From the NCBI GenBank assembly GCA_016926955.1, contig JAFGNN010000046.1:5743-69742 (forward strand): a stretch of 64,000 bases of DNA, in the 5' to 3' direction. A model generated the notes under the pieces. It searched no databases. It was given only the letters and a program-made list of their open reading frames with translations, and was not told the DNA's origin. Below, piece after piece: positions 43,471 through 52,195 of the stretch. How positions within the stretch are numbered: position 1 is the first letter of the stretch; every line of letters begins with the position of its first letter. Source of the DNA: Spirochaetales bacterium. Its GTDB lineage: Bacteria > Spirochaetota > Spirochaetia > Treponematales > UBA12059. Made by a program: the position numbers and the translations under genes.

Positions 43471-44478
43471 TCAGAGCCGGTACGCGACGCGTTCGCCGCA
43501 GGCTGCGCAGCGCGCCTCGCTTTCCGTTCCCCCCGACAGACCCGAGGCGTCGACCGAATATCCGGCGCGGCGCACCAGGACAGCGCCGCAGGCGGGGCAG
43601 TGGTCGTCGTTGCGCTCGAAGGCCAGGTTGCCCGCGTAGACGTGGCGGAGCCGGCCCCGCGCGATCGCGGCCAGGCGGACGACGTTTTCCGGCGGCGTTG
43701 CGGGCTTGGTCCAGCGGTACATCGGGCGGTAGGCCGAGAGGTGGTAGGGGAGCTCGGGCGAAAGACTCGCGAGAAAGGCAGCGATGGCGTCGATTTCCTC
43801 TTCCGAGTCATTGGAGCCGGGCAGGACCAGGGTGGTGGCCTCCACGTGGACGCCGGAGCCGCGCGCCTCCGCGATGAAGGCCTTGACCGCCTCGAGCTCG
43901 CCGCCCAGTTCCCGCCGGTAGAAATCCGCGTCCCAGGACTTGATGTCGACGTTGACGGCGTCGCAGCTGGCGAGCAGCTCGGTGGAGGCGGGGGGCAGGA
44001 CGCAGCCGTTCGTCACCAAAACGTTCGCGAGTCCGGCGGCGCGGACCGAGCTCATGGCCTCGATGACCCATTCCGTGTGGACGACTGGTTCGGAGTAGGT
44101 GTAGGCCACCGAAGCGCAGCGGGAGCGCCGGGCAAGCTTGGCGCATTCCTCCGGATCGAGGCGCTCGGTCGGCGCGCCGAGGCCCTGGCTGATCTCCCAA
44201 TTCTGGCAGAAGGGGCAACGAAGGTTGCAGCCGACGAAGCCGATCGACAGGACCGGGGTGCCCGGCTTGAAATGGTAGAGGGGCTTCTTCTCGATGGGGT
44301 CGACGGCTACGGAGCTGGCCCGGCCGTAGAAGGGCAGGACGAGGCGGCCGTCCTCGTTCTGCCTGACCTTGCAGATTCCGGACGTTCCGGGCGCGATCTG
44401 GCAGCGATGGGGACAGAGCCCGCAGGAAATCGCGCCGGACTTCCCGGCGTTCCAGAAGCGGCCTTCGGCGCACCCGCT
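43471..44478 (-). CDS. Radical SAM enzyme of the AmmeMemoRadiSam / PflA-like type; the N-terminus lacks a canonical start codon (possible frameshift or non-canonical initiation)
   Basis: The frame is open from 44598 to the stop at 43471. CGLCPHRC (44424-44401), VDPIEKKPLYHF and CNLRCPFC (44229-44206) all lie upstream of the first ATG/GTG/TTG in that frame (GTG 44109). The listed ORF 43471..44109 covers only the C-terminal two thirds. The 5' end coordinate is approximate. Confidence 0.75.
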   Translation of the reverse strand, partial: SGCAEGRFWNAGKSGAISCGLCPHRCQIAPGTSGICKVRQNEDGRLVLPFYGRASSVAVDPIEKKPLYHFKPGTPVLSIGFVGCNLRCPFCQNWEISQGLGAPTERLDPEECAKLARRSRCASVAYTYSEPVVHTEWVIEAMSSVRAAGLANVLVTNGCVLPPASTELLASCDAVNVDIKSWDADFYRRELGGELEAVKAFIAEARGSGVHVEATTLVLPGSNDSEEEIDAIAAFLASLSPELPYHLSAYRPMYRWTKPATPPENVVRLAAIARGRLRHVYAGNLAFERNDDHCPACGAVLVRRAGYSVDASGLSGGTESEARCAACGERVAYRL

Positions 44479-44488
44479 GCCCGCCGTG

Positions 44489-44866
44489 TCAGCTCTCCCT
44501 GCGTACCAGACGGTTGGCCACGAACCGAGCGGCGCCGAGGGGTTTGCGCGGGCGATCGACCTCGAAGGGTTCGTAGCGGACGCCGATCGATCCCTTCCTT
44601 ACCCAGAGCCTCACGAGGGGCCAGCTTTCTCCGTCCGAGCGTACGGGCGAAGGCAGGTCCTGCGCGGACAGCACATCGGCCACCCGGAACTCGAAAAGAC
44701 CGGCGTCGACCGAGTCCGGTTCGGTGATCAGGATCAGTTTTTCGTCGTCGTAGGGATGCTTGCGCGGCGTGCCGATGAAATCCACGGCGTCCTGGGGCGC
44801 TTCAGCCCTCCGGTAGGATACGATCTCGCGGAAGGGCTCCGCGTCGAGGTATTCGCTGATGCTCAA
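44489..44866 (-). CDS. Hypothetical 125-aa protein, translationally coupled to lnt
   Basis: The ATG overlaps the lnt stop (ATGA). Coding-like codon bias. I recognise no family. Confidence 0.55.
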   Translation of the reverse strand: MSISEYLDAEPFREIVSYRRAEAPQDAVDFIGTPRKHPYDDEKLILITEPDSVDAGLFEFRVADVLSAQDLPSPVRSDGESWPLVRLWVRKGSIGVRYEPFEVDRPRKPLGAARFVANRLVRRES

Positions 44867-46578
44867 GCGTGCTTCCTCCTCGGGAAAGGCTCCACCGCTC
44901 CCAGTATAAGCGCGAGCAGGCCCGAAAGGAAGAGCGCGAGGCTGCCGAACCAGTCCCCGAAGGAAAGGTAGGGAGTCTTGGCCCCTCCGGAATAGACGGG
45001 AATGTCGACCGCACGCGCTTCTTCGGCGAAGAGCGGGAAGGAGTCGAGCACCCGGCCGCGCGGATCCACCACCGCAGTAACCCCGGAGTTTGTCGACCGC
45101 ACCAGGGTCCTTCCCGTCTCGATCGCGCGGAAGCGCGCCGCCACAAAGTGCTGTATTTCGCTCGAATCGGTAAGGGACCAGGAATCGTTGGTCAGGTTGA
45201 GCAGGAAGTCCGCTCCGTTCAGGACGAACTCGCGGTTGAGCGAGGCGAACGCGTCCTCGAAGCAGATCGGCGCTCCGAAGCGCACGACCGTACCGTCGCG
45301 GAGGGGAAGCTCGAACACGGTGAGTTCGGTGCCCATGACCCAGCCCGAGGCCAGGCCGACGGTTTCCTGGATGAAGGTCCTGAACCAGTCCACTTCCCAG
45401 AAGGGGATTGCTTCGGCGAAAGGAACCGGGTGGGTCTTGGCGTATTGCGCCACGAGGCGTCCCGAGGGGTCGATCAGCGATACCGAGTTTGATGCCTCGA
45501 AGGTCTCGTAATCCAGGATGTCAGGCGCGCCGGTGAAAATCCATGCGCCTGATAATCGGACGAGGGGGGCGAGCGGATCCTCGCGGGGTGTGCGTTCGTA
45601 GAAATCGGCGTAGTCGTCCCAGGGCCGCGCGAGGCTCGTCTCGCTCCACACCACCAGGTCGAGGCCTTCGGGGTTCTCCTCGATCACTTTGCGTGTCAGC
45701 CGCGCGATGGTCTTCAGGGTCGCCAGCTCGCCCGAAGTCCAGCTGTCGGTGTTCTGCTGGACGAGGGCGGCCTTGATCCGCGTCGTTTCGAGGAGCGGCG
45801 TAGCGAGCCTGATGGAGCCATAGGCCAGCGCCAGCGAACCGAGCATGGCGACGAAGGCCAGGTGGCCTGCCGCCATGGCGCGCCGTTCGGCGCGTATGCG
45901 CAGTTCGCAGGGAAGCCCGGCCAGTCGGGCGCGGAGCACGCGAGGAAAGTGGCCGAAAGCCCGTTCCGGCCCGTTTCCAAGCCCGCAGGCGGGTAGCCCG
46001 GCCAGCGGGGGAGGGGGGCCGAGGAATTCCACCAGGTTGCCGAGCGCTCCATTCGCGTAGGCCAGCAGGAAGGACAGCCCGGGCACGCCGGTCACGGCGG
46101 AAAGCTGGATAAAGGGCAGGACCGAATTCCAGGAATACGCGATGAGTCCCCAGGGGTAAGCGAGGAAGCCGATCGATTTGAGATGTTCCCACGAGGTCCA
46201 GACGAGTGCGAAGGCGAGCGGTGACAGCCTGCCCCCTTCGCGCGCGGCGAGCCTCAGGTAGAGCCCGGCAAGGGCGTAGAGCAGGCCGTAGGCCAGTGTC
46301 GTGCTGCCGAGGGTCCAGAAGCGGAAATCCTTGAAGAACCACAGCCAGTAGCTCGAGAGGCCGTGAGCGAGCATGCCGAAGACCGCGGCCGCGGGAGCCG
46401 CCGCGCCGTAGGACCGGGACCTCCGCATCGCGAGGTAGAGCGGCACCAATGCCACGAGGCCGATGAGGGGCGATCCGTAGAGGAACAGTTCGTTGGGCAG
46501 GGCGAGGGCTGACAGCGCTCCTCCGAAGGCGGCGAGCGGGATGATGGTGGATGCTGGCGACATGGTGGTGCGGCTCAT
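44863..46578 (-). CDS. lnt: Apolipoprotein N-acyltransferase
   Basis: Multi-TM N-terminal half (ALALPNELFLYGSPLIGLVALVPLYLA...) and a C-terminal CN-hydrolase domain (VVWSETS, PICFEDAF). I chose ATG 46578. The first ~219 codons of listed ORF 44863..47235 are antisense to coaD. Confidence 0.87.
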   Translation of the reverse strand: MSRTTMSPASTIIPLAAFGGALSALALPNELFLYGSPLIGLVALVPLYLAMRRSRSYGAAAPAAAVFGMLAHGLSSYWLWFFKDFRFWTLGSTTLAYGLLYALAGLYLRLAAREGGRLSPLAFALVWTSWEHLKSIGFLAYPWGLIAYSWNSVLPFIQLSAVTGVPGLSFLLAYANGALGNLVEFLGPPPPLAGLPACGLGNGPERAFGHFPRVLRARLAGLPCELRIRAERRAMAAGHLAFVAMLGSLALAYGSIRLATPLLETTRIKAALVQQNTDSWTSGELATLKTIARLTRKVIEENPEGLDLVVWSETSLARPWDDYADFYERTPREDPLAPLVRLSGAWIFTGAPDILDYETFEASNSVSLIDPSGRLVAQYAKTHPVPFAEAIPFWEVDWFRTFIQETVGLASGWVMGTELTVFELPLRDGTVVRFGAPICFEDAFASLNREFVLNGADFLLNLTNDSWSLTDSSEIQHFVAARFRAIETGRTLVRSTNSGVTAVVDPRGRVLDSFPLFAEEARAVDIPVYSGGAKTPYLSFGDWFGSLALFLSGLLALILGAVEPFPRRKHA

Positions 46579-46685
46579 GTGTCGATAGTAGCCGAGCCGC
46601 CCCGTTCCGTGAAGCGGCGGACGCGGCGCTCCTCTCAGGCTCCGTACCGGGAGTGGCCGAGAGGAGCGCGGATTCCCGGATTCGC

Positions 46686-46715
46686 TTGACCCGCTCCGAG
46701 AGGTCGGACTAGAGT
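46686..46715 (+). promoter_or_regulatory. Sigma70-like promoter candidate for coaD (TTGACC-18-TAGAGT); the -10 ends 7 nt before the ATG
   Basis: TTGACC at 46686-46691, TAGAGT at 46710-46715, ATG at 46723. No SD in between. Confidence 0.4.
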
Positions 46716-46722
46716 CTGCGCC

Positions 46723-47214
46723 ATGGTCAAGGCAGTCTTCCCGGGTTCCTTCGACCCGCCGACGTACGGTCACCTGAACATCATCGAGCGCGCCAGAAGC
46801 CTGTTCGACGAGGTGCTCGTCGTCGTCGCGGTGAATCTCCAGAAAACCGGCACCTTCAGCCCCGAAGAGAGGGTCGGCCACCTCAGGCGGCTCGTCGGCC
46901 AGTGGCCCGAGGTCTCCGTCCATGTCTGCGACACCCTGATCGTGGATTTCGCCCGCAAGCACGGCTGCTCCGTGCTGTTGCGCGGCGTGAGGTCGGTGCA
47001 GGATTTTTCCTATGAATTCGAGCTTTCCGTGATGAACAAGGGTCTCGATCCGGCCATCGAGACCGTCTTCATGCCGACTGATCCACGCTTTTTCGTGCTT
47101 CGTTCGAGCGCCATAAAGGAACTGGCCAGTTTCGGCGGAAACCTGACCGGGATGGTTCCGCCCGCCGTCGCGGAGGAACTCCTGCTTCGCCTCCACCCGG
47201 ACAAGACCACTTGA
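46723..47214 (+). CDS. coaD: Phosphopantetheine adenylyltransferase
   Basis: [21 protein letters not shown] and a conserved C-terminal [12 protein letters not shown]-type motif. Confidence 0.95.
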   Translation: MVKAVFPGSFDPPTYGHLNIIERARSLFDEVLVVVAVNLQKTGTFSPEERVGHLRRLVGQWPEVSVHVCDTLIVDFARKHGCSVLLRGVRSVQDFSYEFELSVMNKGLDPAIETVFMPTDPRFFVLRSSAIKELASFGGNLTGMVPPAVAEELLLRLHPDKTT

Positions 47215-47256
47215 CAAAAAGCGTAAAAGTGACAAAATGGCGGCTACGGTGTCGCC

Positions 47257-47285
47257 TTGACAAAGACCGCACCGTTCGGTAGGGT
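47257..47285 (+). promoter_or_regulatory. Sigma70-like promoter candidate for rpmF-acpP-rnc (TTGACA-17-TAGGGT)
   Basis: TTGACA at 47257-47262 and TAGGGT at 47280-47285. It shares the extended CTTGACAAAGA box with the tRNA promoter. A second TTGACA at 47211-47216 overlaps the coaD stop. Confidence 0.45.
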
Positions 47286-47333
47286 ACGGTCGAGAATTTC
47301 CACACGTCTACACCAATAGGCACGAGGTTTCAA

Positions 47334-47522
47334 ATGGCTGTACCCAGAGCAAAAACTTCGAAGGCGCGCACGCACCGCCGCCAGTCGATCAACATGAAGC
47401 TTACCGCACCGACCTTGGTCGCGTGCGGCAACTGCGGCAATCCGGTGCTCATGCACAGGGTCTGCCCCAAGTGCGGCTTCTATCGCGGCAGGCAGGTCTT
47501 CGCGCCCGAGAACAACGGGTAA
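47334..47522 (+). CDS. rpmF: 50S ribosomal protein L32
   Basis: MAVPRAKTSKARTHRRQS...CGNCGNPVLMHRVCPKCGFYRGRQV. Confidence 0.95.
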   Translation: MAVPRAKTSKARTHRRQSINMKLTAPTLVACGNCGNPVLMHRVCPKCGFYRGRQVFAPENNG

Positions 47523-47534
47523 AGGAGAATTCCC

Positions 47535-47771
47535 ATGGACGAGCTCTTCGCAAAGATCAAGAAGATCATCGCCGACAAGCTCGAGGTCGAGGATGACAAA
47601 ATCACCCTGGACGCGAGCTTCCGCCAGGACCTCGGAGCCGACAGCCTCGACACCTACGAGCTGGTCTACGGCATCGAGGAGGAGCTCGGCATCACCATCC
47701 CGGACGAGAAGGCGAACGAGTTCGAGACCGTCCGCGACGCCTACGAGTACATCAAGACCCAGGTGAAGTAA
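47535..47771 (+). CDS. acpP: Acyl carrier protein
   Basis: The LGADSLDTYELV motif contains the phosphopantetheine-attachment Ser. 78 aa, acidic. Confidence 0.95.
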   Translation: MDELFAKIKKIIADKLEVEDDKITLDASFRQDLGADSLDTYELVYGIEEELGITIPDEKANEFETVRDAYEYIKTQVK

Positions 47772-47793
47772 GGCCTGCGGAAGCGTCGGGACC

Positions 47794-48555
47794 GTGCTTT
47801 TCAACACCGGCGGCCCAAACCGCCAGCGCAAGTCGGTCCTGCTCGCCTTCCAGAAGGCGTGCGGGTTGCGGTTCAGGGAACTCGAAATCCTTGACCGCGC
47901 CCTCACCCATCGTTCCTTCGCCAACGAGGACCAGTCCTCGGCATCCAACAACGAACGACTCGAATTCCTCGGCGACGCCGTTCTCGGCGTCGTCGTCGCG
48001 TCGTACCTGTACCGTTCCCTCGCCGACAGGGCGGAAGGCGAGCTGGCGCGGGTAAAGAGCTTCGTCGTGTCCGAGGATACGCTCTCTTCGATCGCGGCGG
48101 AACTCGGGGTCGACCGCGTGATCCGCGTGGGGAAGGGCGAGGAGCAGACAGGCGGAAGGCGCAAGAAGGCCATCCTCGCCGACGCCCTCGAGGCCATCAT
48201 CGGAGCCTCCTACATCGACCAGGGCTTCGAGAAGGCCGCGGCCTTCGTCCTCGCACTGACGGTCCCCGAGGTCGACAAGGTGCTCGAGGGCCGCCACCGC
48301 AAGGACTACAAGACCATCCTGCAGGAATATCTCCAGAAGTACCGGAAGCAATACCCTGTCTACGAACTGGCGGCGAAGGTCGGCCCGGACCACGACCGGA
48401 CCTTCCAGATACTCTGCCGCGTCGGCGACCTGGCTTTCGGGCCGGCAGGCGGTAAGAGCAAGAAGGAAGCGGAGCGCGAAGCCGCGCGCATGGCCTACGA
48501 CGCGATCGTCGCGGCGGGCGGGCTTGAGGCGGAGCGCATCAGGGAGCTCGGTTGA
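47794..48555 (+). CDS. rnc: Ribonuclease III
   Basis: Signature NERLEFLGDAVLG, ADALEAIIGA, and a C-terminal dsRBD (KDYKTILQEY...GGKSKKEAEREAA). GTG start. Confidence 0.93.
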   Translation: MLFNTGGPNRQRKSVLLAFQKACGLRFRELEILDRALTHRSFANEDQSSASNNERLEFLGDAVLGVVVASYLYRSLADRAEGELARVKSFVVSEDTLSSIAAELGVDRVIRVGKGEEQTGGRRKKAILADALEAIIGASYIDQGFEKAAAFVLALTVPEVDKVLEGRHRKDYKTILQEYLQKYRKQYPVYELAAKVGPDHDRTFQILCRVGDLAFGPAGGKSKKEAEREAARMAYDAIVAAGGLEAERIRELG

Positions 48556-48588
48556 GCCGTTCCTTCCGCGTCGTGGTTTCCGTCCCCC

Positions 48589-49617
48589 TCACTCGAATAA
48601 CCTGAGCCAGTTTTCCCCCATGAATTTCCGGACGGTCCCCTCGGAGTGGCCCCGAGCCAGCAAGGCGCGCGTCAGCTCGGGCAGGTTCGCGCAGGAAGCC
48701 AGGACGACGCCGTACGCGTCGGTGTAGCCGTCGAAATCCGAGCCGAGGCCGAGGTGATCGGGGCCGACCACGGCGAGCAGGTGCTCGAAATGGTCGAGGA
48801 AACTCCCGATCGACACCCGGAGCGGATCCGGGTCCACGAAGGCACCGGCGAAGGTGAGGGCGACGAGGCCGCCCGTGCGCGCAATGGCCTCTGCCCGCGC
48901 GTCGTCGAGGTTGCGGTCGTCCGGGCAGACCGCCCGCGCGTTCGAGTGCGAGGCGACCACCGGACGCTCCGCCATCGCGAGCAAGTCGTCGAGCGCCTCG
49001 TCGGAGAGGTGGGACGCGTCGACGACCATCCCGAGCCGTTCCATCTCCCGCACCGTCTTTCGGCCGAATTCCGTGAGGCCGCCCGGGCCCGGTGCCCGCA
49101 CGCCTCGGCCGAGGGCGTTCCGGCGATTCCAGGTCAAGCCGAGCATACGCACGCCCCGGGAGTGGAAGGCCCGAAGTTCGTCGAGGCTTTCGCCCAGGCA
49201 TTCGCCTCCCTCGATCGAGAGCAGGGCGGCTACCTTCCCGGCTTTCCGCGCCGCCCTGATGCCGCCCGAGTCGGTCGTCGGAACGAAACGGTCGGTGCGG
49301 TCGAAGACGGACTCGAGCGCGTCGATCAGCCGATGTGTCTCGGCCGTCGCGTCGGGGACAAGGGCATCCTCCACGAAGAGCGCCATGGTCTGGCAGGCCA
49401 CGCCGCCTTCGACGAGGCGCGGAAGGTCCAGGTGTCCGAAGCTCCCGCGCTCGAGGAAGTCGCGCGGCAGGCCCTCGGGGCGCGAGAGCGGGCGCCCGAC
49501 CAGGTCGAGCACCGTGTCGCAGTGGCCGTCGACGACGGTCAGCGAGCGGTGGAACGCTTCCGGATCCATGGCATCCTCCTCCGGCCGCGTCGGGCGGCCC
49601 GCCTCCGGCACCGTCAC
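48589..49617 (-). CDS. Membrane dipeptidase (peptidase family M19)
   Basis: VVDGHCDTV, LTWNRRNALG, ASHSNARAVC, GSDFDG. GTG 49617 overlaps the cca stop (GTGA). Alternative ATG at 49569. Confidence 0.85.
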   Translation of the reverse strand: MTVPEAGRPTRPEEDAMDPEAFHRSLTVVDGHCDTVLDLVGRPLSRPEGLPRDFLERGSFGHLDLPRLVEGGVACQTMALFVEDALVPDATAETHRLIDALESVFDRTDRFVPTTDSGGIRAARKAGKVAALLSIEGGECLGESLDELRAFHSRGVRMLGLTWNRRNALGRGVRAPGPGGLTEFGRKTVREMERLGMVVDASHLSDEALDDLLAMAERPVVASHSNARAVCPDDRNLDDARAEAIARTGGLVALTFAGAFVDPDPLRVSIGSFLDHFEHLLAVVGPDHLGLGSDFDGYTDAYGVVLASCANLPELTRALLARGHSEGTVRKFMGENWLRLFE

Positions 49618-50969
49618 GACAGGCCGTATTTCGCCTTCATCCGTTCCGCGATCAGGAGCAGCCTTTCGCGCTCGTTAAGCGTGGGGTCGTCCATCACGGT
49701 CTCGAGGAGTTCCGCGAGCATGCGGCCCATGACCGGTCCCTTAGGCACGCCGATCGCGGCAAGCTCGTTTCCCGAGACCGCCAGGTCCTTGACGCCGAGC
49801 ACGCGCGACGCGGCGAGCACCGCTTCGATGCGCTTCCGGAAGGGCTCGACGCCGCGCGGGTCGGGCGGGGTGCCCGCAAGAGCCGCAGAGTCGGCGACGC
49901 GGAGCGCCAGGAGGTCCTCGACCAGGTCCTCGCCGACCCGGGCCACGAAGCGCCTGACTGCCGCGTCGGTCCATTCGTCGGAGTAAGAGAACATGTGGTG
50001 GCGCGCGAGGCGCTCGACCCGCTCGGTGACGGAGTTCGGGAACTTGAGTCGCGGCAGGATGCCCTTGACCATGCGCGCGGAATCCTCTTCGTGCCGATGG
50101 AAGGAGTAGCCGCCCTCCGCGTCCCCGGCCTTGCGGCCCGGTTTTCCCAGGTCGTGGAGCAGGGCGGCAAGGCGGAGTTCGAGGACGGGCGGCGCGGCGT
50201 CGCAGGCGGCTGCCAGGTGGTCGAACACGTCGAAGGAATGGAGTCCGCCCTGCTCGACGTCCCGGCAGGCGGCCAGCTCCGGAAGGAATTCCCGGAGGAG
50301 CCCCGAGCGTTCAAGCAGGCCGATGCCATAGGACGGCTTGCCCGAGAGCAGGATCTTGGCGAACTCGTCGCGGACGCGCTCCGCGGAGACGGAGCGGAAG
50401 CGATGGAGGGAGAGTCCTATCGCCTCGAAGGTCGGTACGTCGATAGCGTAGCCGAGCTGGCTCGCGAAGCGCACCGCCCGGAGCGGCCTGAGCCCGTCCT
50501 CGCCGAAGCGCTCGAGCGGATCACCGATGGCGCGCACGAGGCGCCTCTCGAGGTCGCCCAGACCGTCGTGCGGGTCGAGGAATTCCCTCGTGGAAAGGTT
50601 GAGGGCCATGGCATTCATGGTGAAGTCGCGCCGCTTGAGGTCCTCGCGGATATCCTTCGAGAATCCGACACGGTCGGGACGGCGGCCGTCGGAATATCCC
50701 TCTTCGACGCGGAAGGTGGTGGTTTCGATCTGGAGGCCGCGCCAGAGCACCGTGACCGTGCCGTGCTTGACGCCGGTCGGGACTGTTCGCCGGAACACAC
50801 GCATGACGTCCTCCGGCCGGGCATCCGTGGCGGCGTCCCAATCGGAGGGCTCACGCCCGAGGACCAGGTTCCGGATGGCGCCGCCGACTATCCAGGCCTG
50901 GAAACCTTCGCGCGCGAGGACGGAACCAAAGTCGTAGACGGCGCCGGGAACCAGGGTATCGATCCGCAT
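49614..50969 (-). CDS. cca: CCA-adding enzyme / tRNA nucleotidyltransferase with HD domain
   Basis: VGGAIRNLVLGREPSDWDAATDARPEDV, RRDFTMNAM, and HD motif LLHDLGKP. I chose ATG 50969. The remaining ~770 codons of listed ORF 49614..53288 are antisense to other genes. Confidence 0.87.
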   Translation of the reverse strand: MRIDTLVPGAVYDFGSVLAREGFQAWIVGGAIRNLVLGREPSDWDAATDARPEDVMRVFRRTVPTGVKHGTVTVLWRGLQIETTTFRVEEGYSDGRRPDRVGFSKDIREDLKRRDFTMNAMALNLSTREFLDPHDGLGDLERRLVRAIGDPLERFGEDGLRPLRAVRFASQLGYAIDVPTFEAIGLSLHRFRSVSAERVRDEFAKILLSGKPSYGIGLLERSGLLREFLPELAACRDVEQGGLHSFDVFDHLAAACDAAPPVLELRLAALLHDLGKPGRKAGDAEGGYSFHRHEEDSARMVKGILPRLKFPNSVTERVERLARHHMFSYSDEWTDAAVRRFVARVGEDLVEDLLALRVADSAALAGTPPDPRGVEPFRKRIEAVLAASRVLGVKDLAVSGNELAAIGVPKGPVMGRMLAELLETVMDDPTLNERERLLLIAERMKAKYGLS

Positions 50970-51062
50970 GCTTCGTTTGTACCGGAGGGAAGGGTTGGCG
51001 TCCAGAGCCGCCGCGGGCGCGGCGCTTGACCCCGCGCCCGCGCGCGGGGGACAATCCTCCAC

Positions 51063-51701
51063 ATGCGTGCACTCCTCCTCACCGGCGGCGAAGCCCCGCC
51101 CCTTTCCGCCGTCGCAGGCCACCTCGGCCGTTTCGGCCTCGTCTGCGCCGCGGATTCGGGCCTCGACCTCGCAGCGACGTGGGGCCTCGAGCCCGACCTC
51201 ATAGCTGGCGACATGGATTCCGTCAGCGATCTTGGCTTGGTCGGAGCGTACCCCCGGGCGCGCGTCCACTTCGTGCCACGCGAAAAGGACGAGACGGACA
51301 CCGAGCTGGGGCTGCGCCTGCTCAGGGAGGCCGGTGCCAATCGCGTCGTGCTGGCCGGCGGCGGCGGCGGCAGGCTCGACCACCTGCTCGCTGTGCGCGC
51401 CCTTTTCGAGCGCGCCGACGGCCCCGAGGAATGGTGGGCGCCGGGAGAGCGCGTGCTGAGGCTGTCGGGTGGCCGAAGCTGGAAAGCCGAGCCCGGATCG
51501 CTCGTGTCCGTGTTCCCCCTCGCTTCCGGCGCGTCCGGCATGTCCAGCCGCGGTCTGCGCTGGCCCCTGGAAGGCCTGGAATGGGGGCCGGGGGGCTTCG
51601 GCGTCAGCAACGAAACCGTGGACCGGGAATTCTCCATCGAAAGCGGCGCTGCGCCGCTTCTCGTCGTCCTTCCCTACGGAGCCTCGGACCTGCCGGCCTG
51701 A
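51063..51701 (+). CDS. Thiamine diphosphokinase
   Basis: ADSG...PDLIAGDMDS, EKDETDTELGL, and a C-terminal thiamine-binding beta domain. Confidence 0.83.
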   Translation: MRALLLTGGEAPPLSAVAGHLGRFGLVCAADSGLDLAATWGLEPDLIAGDMDSVSDLGLVGAYPRARVHFVPREKDETDTELGLRLLREAGANRVVLAGGGGGRLDHLLAVRALFERADGPEEWWAPGERVLRLSGGRSWKAEPGSLVSVFPLASGASGMSSRGLRWPLEGLEWGPGGFGVSNETVDREFSIESGAAPLLVVLPYGASDLPA

Positions 51702-52192
51702 ACTCCCGCCGCGTCGCGTTCGGCGAACCAGGAGCGGAGCCTCCGTTCGGTCTCGAAGGGATCTTCGACCAGGACGCGTTTGCCGGCAACCAGCTCCGCT
51801 ATGCCGATCTCGCGGGGATAGCGCGGGATGACGTGCAGGTGCAGGTGCTCGATGCTGGCCCCCGCCACGAGCCCCATGTTGTAGCCCAGATTGTAGCCGG
51901 CCGGCGCGTGGGTGGAATCGAGCGCGCAGAGGCAGTCGTCGACCAGGTCGTCGAGCTCGGAGCGTTCGTCCCTCGACAGCTGGCGCAGGTCGGTGACGTG
52001 GCGTTTCGGGAACAGGATGAGGTGTCCCGGGTTGTAGGGATAGAGGTTCACGGACGCGGCGAAGGAAGCCGTCTCGCGAACCACGAGACGCTCCACCCGA
52101 TCGTCCCCGTCCCTTATCAGGCAGAGTATGCAGCCATCCGGGCGCGGACCCCTCAGGTAGGTGATCTTGTCGAAGTTGAGGAAGTACTCCAC
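51674..52192 (-). CDS. HIT (histidine triad) family nucleotide hydrolase/transferase
   Basis: YPYNPGHLILFPKRH and the triad HLHLHVIPRY. Its 3' end overlaps the convergent kinase gene by 28 nt. Confidence 0.85.
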   Translation of the reverse strand: MEYFLNFDKITYLRGPRPDGCILCLIRDGDDRVERLVVRETASFAASVNLYPYNPGHLILFPKRHVTDLRQLSRDERSELDDLVDDCLCALDSTHAPAGYNLGYNMGLVAGASIEHLHLHVIPRYPREIGIAELVAGKRVLVEDPFETERRLRSWFAERDAAGVQAGRSEAP

Positions 52193-52195
52193 GCG

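Noticed and set aside
43808-44473. 221-aa Arg-rich ORF starting at GTG 44473
   Set aside because: It is an out-of-frame reading of the radical SAM gene with no motifs. It matters only because its GTG is a plausible true start if one base is removed (see the radical SAM finding).
46579-47235. N-terminal extension of the 790-aa ORF containing lnt
   Set aside because: It is antisense to coaD. The Lnt homology and membrane topology begin at ATG 46578.
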